Source: an uncultured Planctomycetia bacterium (GTDB lineage: Bacteria > Planctomycetota > JAKEIC01 > CAZDSO01). From it: a DNA stretch of 64,000 bases. Where the stretch lies: assembly GCA_964508045.1 (NCBI GenBank), contig CAZDSO010000001.1, positions 746 through 64,745 of the forward strand, written 5' to 3'. Position 1 is the stretch's first letter; each line of letters begins with the position of its first letter. Both the position numbers and the translations under genes were made by a program. Positions 63,032 to 64,000 of the stretch are shown one piece after another. Under the pieces are notes generated by a model, which saw only the letters and a list, made by a program, of their open reading frames with translations, was not told the DNA's origin and did not search any database.

Positions 63032-64000
63032 CGATACCGCGACCCTTCCCTTTTCCCGCCTCGTAGAGGGAATCCCAGGACGCGTCGAGGATCTCGAGGG
63101 CCCGCGCGAGGGGGACGGGCTCGACCCGGTCCTCGGCGCACTGGGCGAGGCCCAGGCTCTCGAGTTTCGAGAGCGCGTCGTCGAGATCGAAGACGGGCTC
63201 CACCTTCCAGCCCCGCCTGAGATAGTCCTGGATGCTTTCCTGCAGGGCCTTGGGCGCGGGAGGGGCGTCCGCGGCCAGGGCGAAGGCGTACGCCAGGAAG
63301 GCCTCCTTGCACTCCTCCTCCTCCGTGGCGTCCACGATGCGGTTGATCACGCCGAGGTTGTTGTCCAGGTTCTGGTAGAAGAGGTCGCGGATGAGATTCT
63401 TGCGGTAGGTGTCCCGGATCTTGAAGAAGCGAAAGACCGTGCGCCCGAGGTAGGCGCTTCCGAGCAGGAGGACCAGGGGCCAGAGGAAGCCCTTCCCCAC
63501 GAGCAGGGCGTACTTGAAGGCGGCCTTGAGGCCGGAGTAGACGGCCGCGCCCCCGGCGCTCGTGATCTTCATCTTGTCCAGGATCCGCATCTTCACCGTG
63601 GTCTCGGGCAGGAGGGATTCGATGTCGTGGACGGGGATGTCCTTGAACAGCTTCAGCAGGATGACGTTCTCGCCCGCAAGCCGCGTGACGATGGCGGATC
63701 GGAGGTAGATGGGGATTTCGACGTCCGTCGCGCGGAAACGCGTCTTCCAGCTCCGCACCTTGCGGGTCTTCTTCCCCAGGCCCCGGAAGTAGATGTAGAA
63801 GTCGGCGTAGCGGTCGAGGTCCACGACGATGTGCAGCCCGGAGGTGGTTCCGGCCTGCACGGCGCGCTCGAATTCTTCCTTGTTCAGCCTTTCGTAATTC
63901 GCCTTCTCGAACAGCGCGGCCAGTTCCTGCAGGAAGCGGGGCCGCATGTCGTCGAGCTCCTCCGCGCTCTTCGGATGACGCGTGACGGAGGGGTCATCGG
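63021..64000 (-). CDS. DUF3754/TMEM143-like membrane protein (probably 5'-truncated by the window edge)
   Basis: The frame stays open from the stop at 63021 to the window end. An internal Met at 63947 is possible. The sequence includes ...VILLKLFKDIPVHDIESLLPETTVKMRILDKMKI... and two TM segments (GGAAVYSGLKAAFKYALLVG, LWPLVLLLGSAYL). Confidence 0.6.
   Translation of the reverse strand, partial: DDPSVTRHPKSAEELDDMRPRFLQELAALFEKANYERLNKEEFERAVQAGTTSGLHIVVDLDRYADFYIYFRGLGKKTRKVRSWKTRFRATDVEIPIYLRSAIVTRLAGENVILLKLFKDIPVHDIESLLPETTVKMRILDKMKITSAGGAAVYSGLKAAFKYALLVGKGFLWPLVLLLGSAYLGRTVFRFFKIRDTYRKNLIRDLFYQNLDNNLGVINRIVDATEEEECKEAFLAYAFALAADAPPAPKALQESIQDYLRRGWKVEPVFDLDDALSKLESLGLAQCAEDRVEPVPLARALEILDASWDSLYEAGKGKGRGIVSG

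Overview
High-GC bacterial chromosomal window. It holds about 48 supportable protein genes and one tRNA-Leu(CAG). There is no rRNA, no CRISPR array and no intact mobile element. The gene content looks planctomycete/PVC-like or myxobacteria-like, but that lineage call is inference only. It rests on two eukaryote-like Ser/Thr kinases (one with an FGE-sulfatase domain), a Big_2/beta-propeller lipoprotein, a secretin-N-repeat protein and two sigma-54 enhancer-binding proteins (EBPs). Housekeeping genes: metG, asnS, smpB, rpmB, lepB, hldE, gmhB, deoB, an MTA/purine nucleoside phosphorylase, two thiolases, an acyl-CoA dehydrogenase and a 2-hydroxyacid dehydrogenase. Many of the long ORFs in the six-frame track are high-GC artefacts: antisense or out-of-frame, and rich in R/P/G/A. 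I re-assigned several starts to internal ATG/GTG codons preceded by GGAG-type ribosome-binding sites and followed by signal peptides. The most interesting observations are these. (1) A 1,997-aa single ORF fuses a Hanks kinase, a STAND ATPase, TPR repeats, GAF, a sigma-54 AAA+ core and a Fis-type HTH. A good sigma-54 promoter follows immediately and faces a four-gene secreted/lipoprotein operon. (2) A second sigma-54 promoter lies divergent from a XylR/V4R-type EBP. It points into about 260 nt of non-coding, strongly structured sequence that ends in a canonical intrinsic terminator, so it is a candidate sigma-54-dependent sRNA. (3) A RuBisCO-like protein (form IV-like active-site pattern) is co-oriented with yjbQ and surrounded by nucleoside/pentose-phosphate genes and a PHP-phosphoesterase/P-loop-kinase fusion. 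(4) A chemosensory cluster lacks cheB/cheR in the window and ends with a CheX-type phosphatase and a PilZ protein. The CheX protein carries tandem MshEN-like 24-residue motifs, which suggests a c-di-GMP link. (5) A dispersed GATTTCAG/CTGAAATC inverted-repeat family occurs at seven or more intergenic sites, including a 247-bp MITE-like copy and a pair bracketing the tRNA. (6) Two tandem paralogous small membrane-anchored proteins have no recognisable family. All functional calls come from motifs read in the translations. No database search was run.
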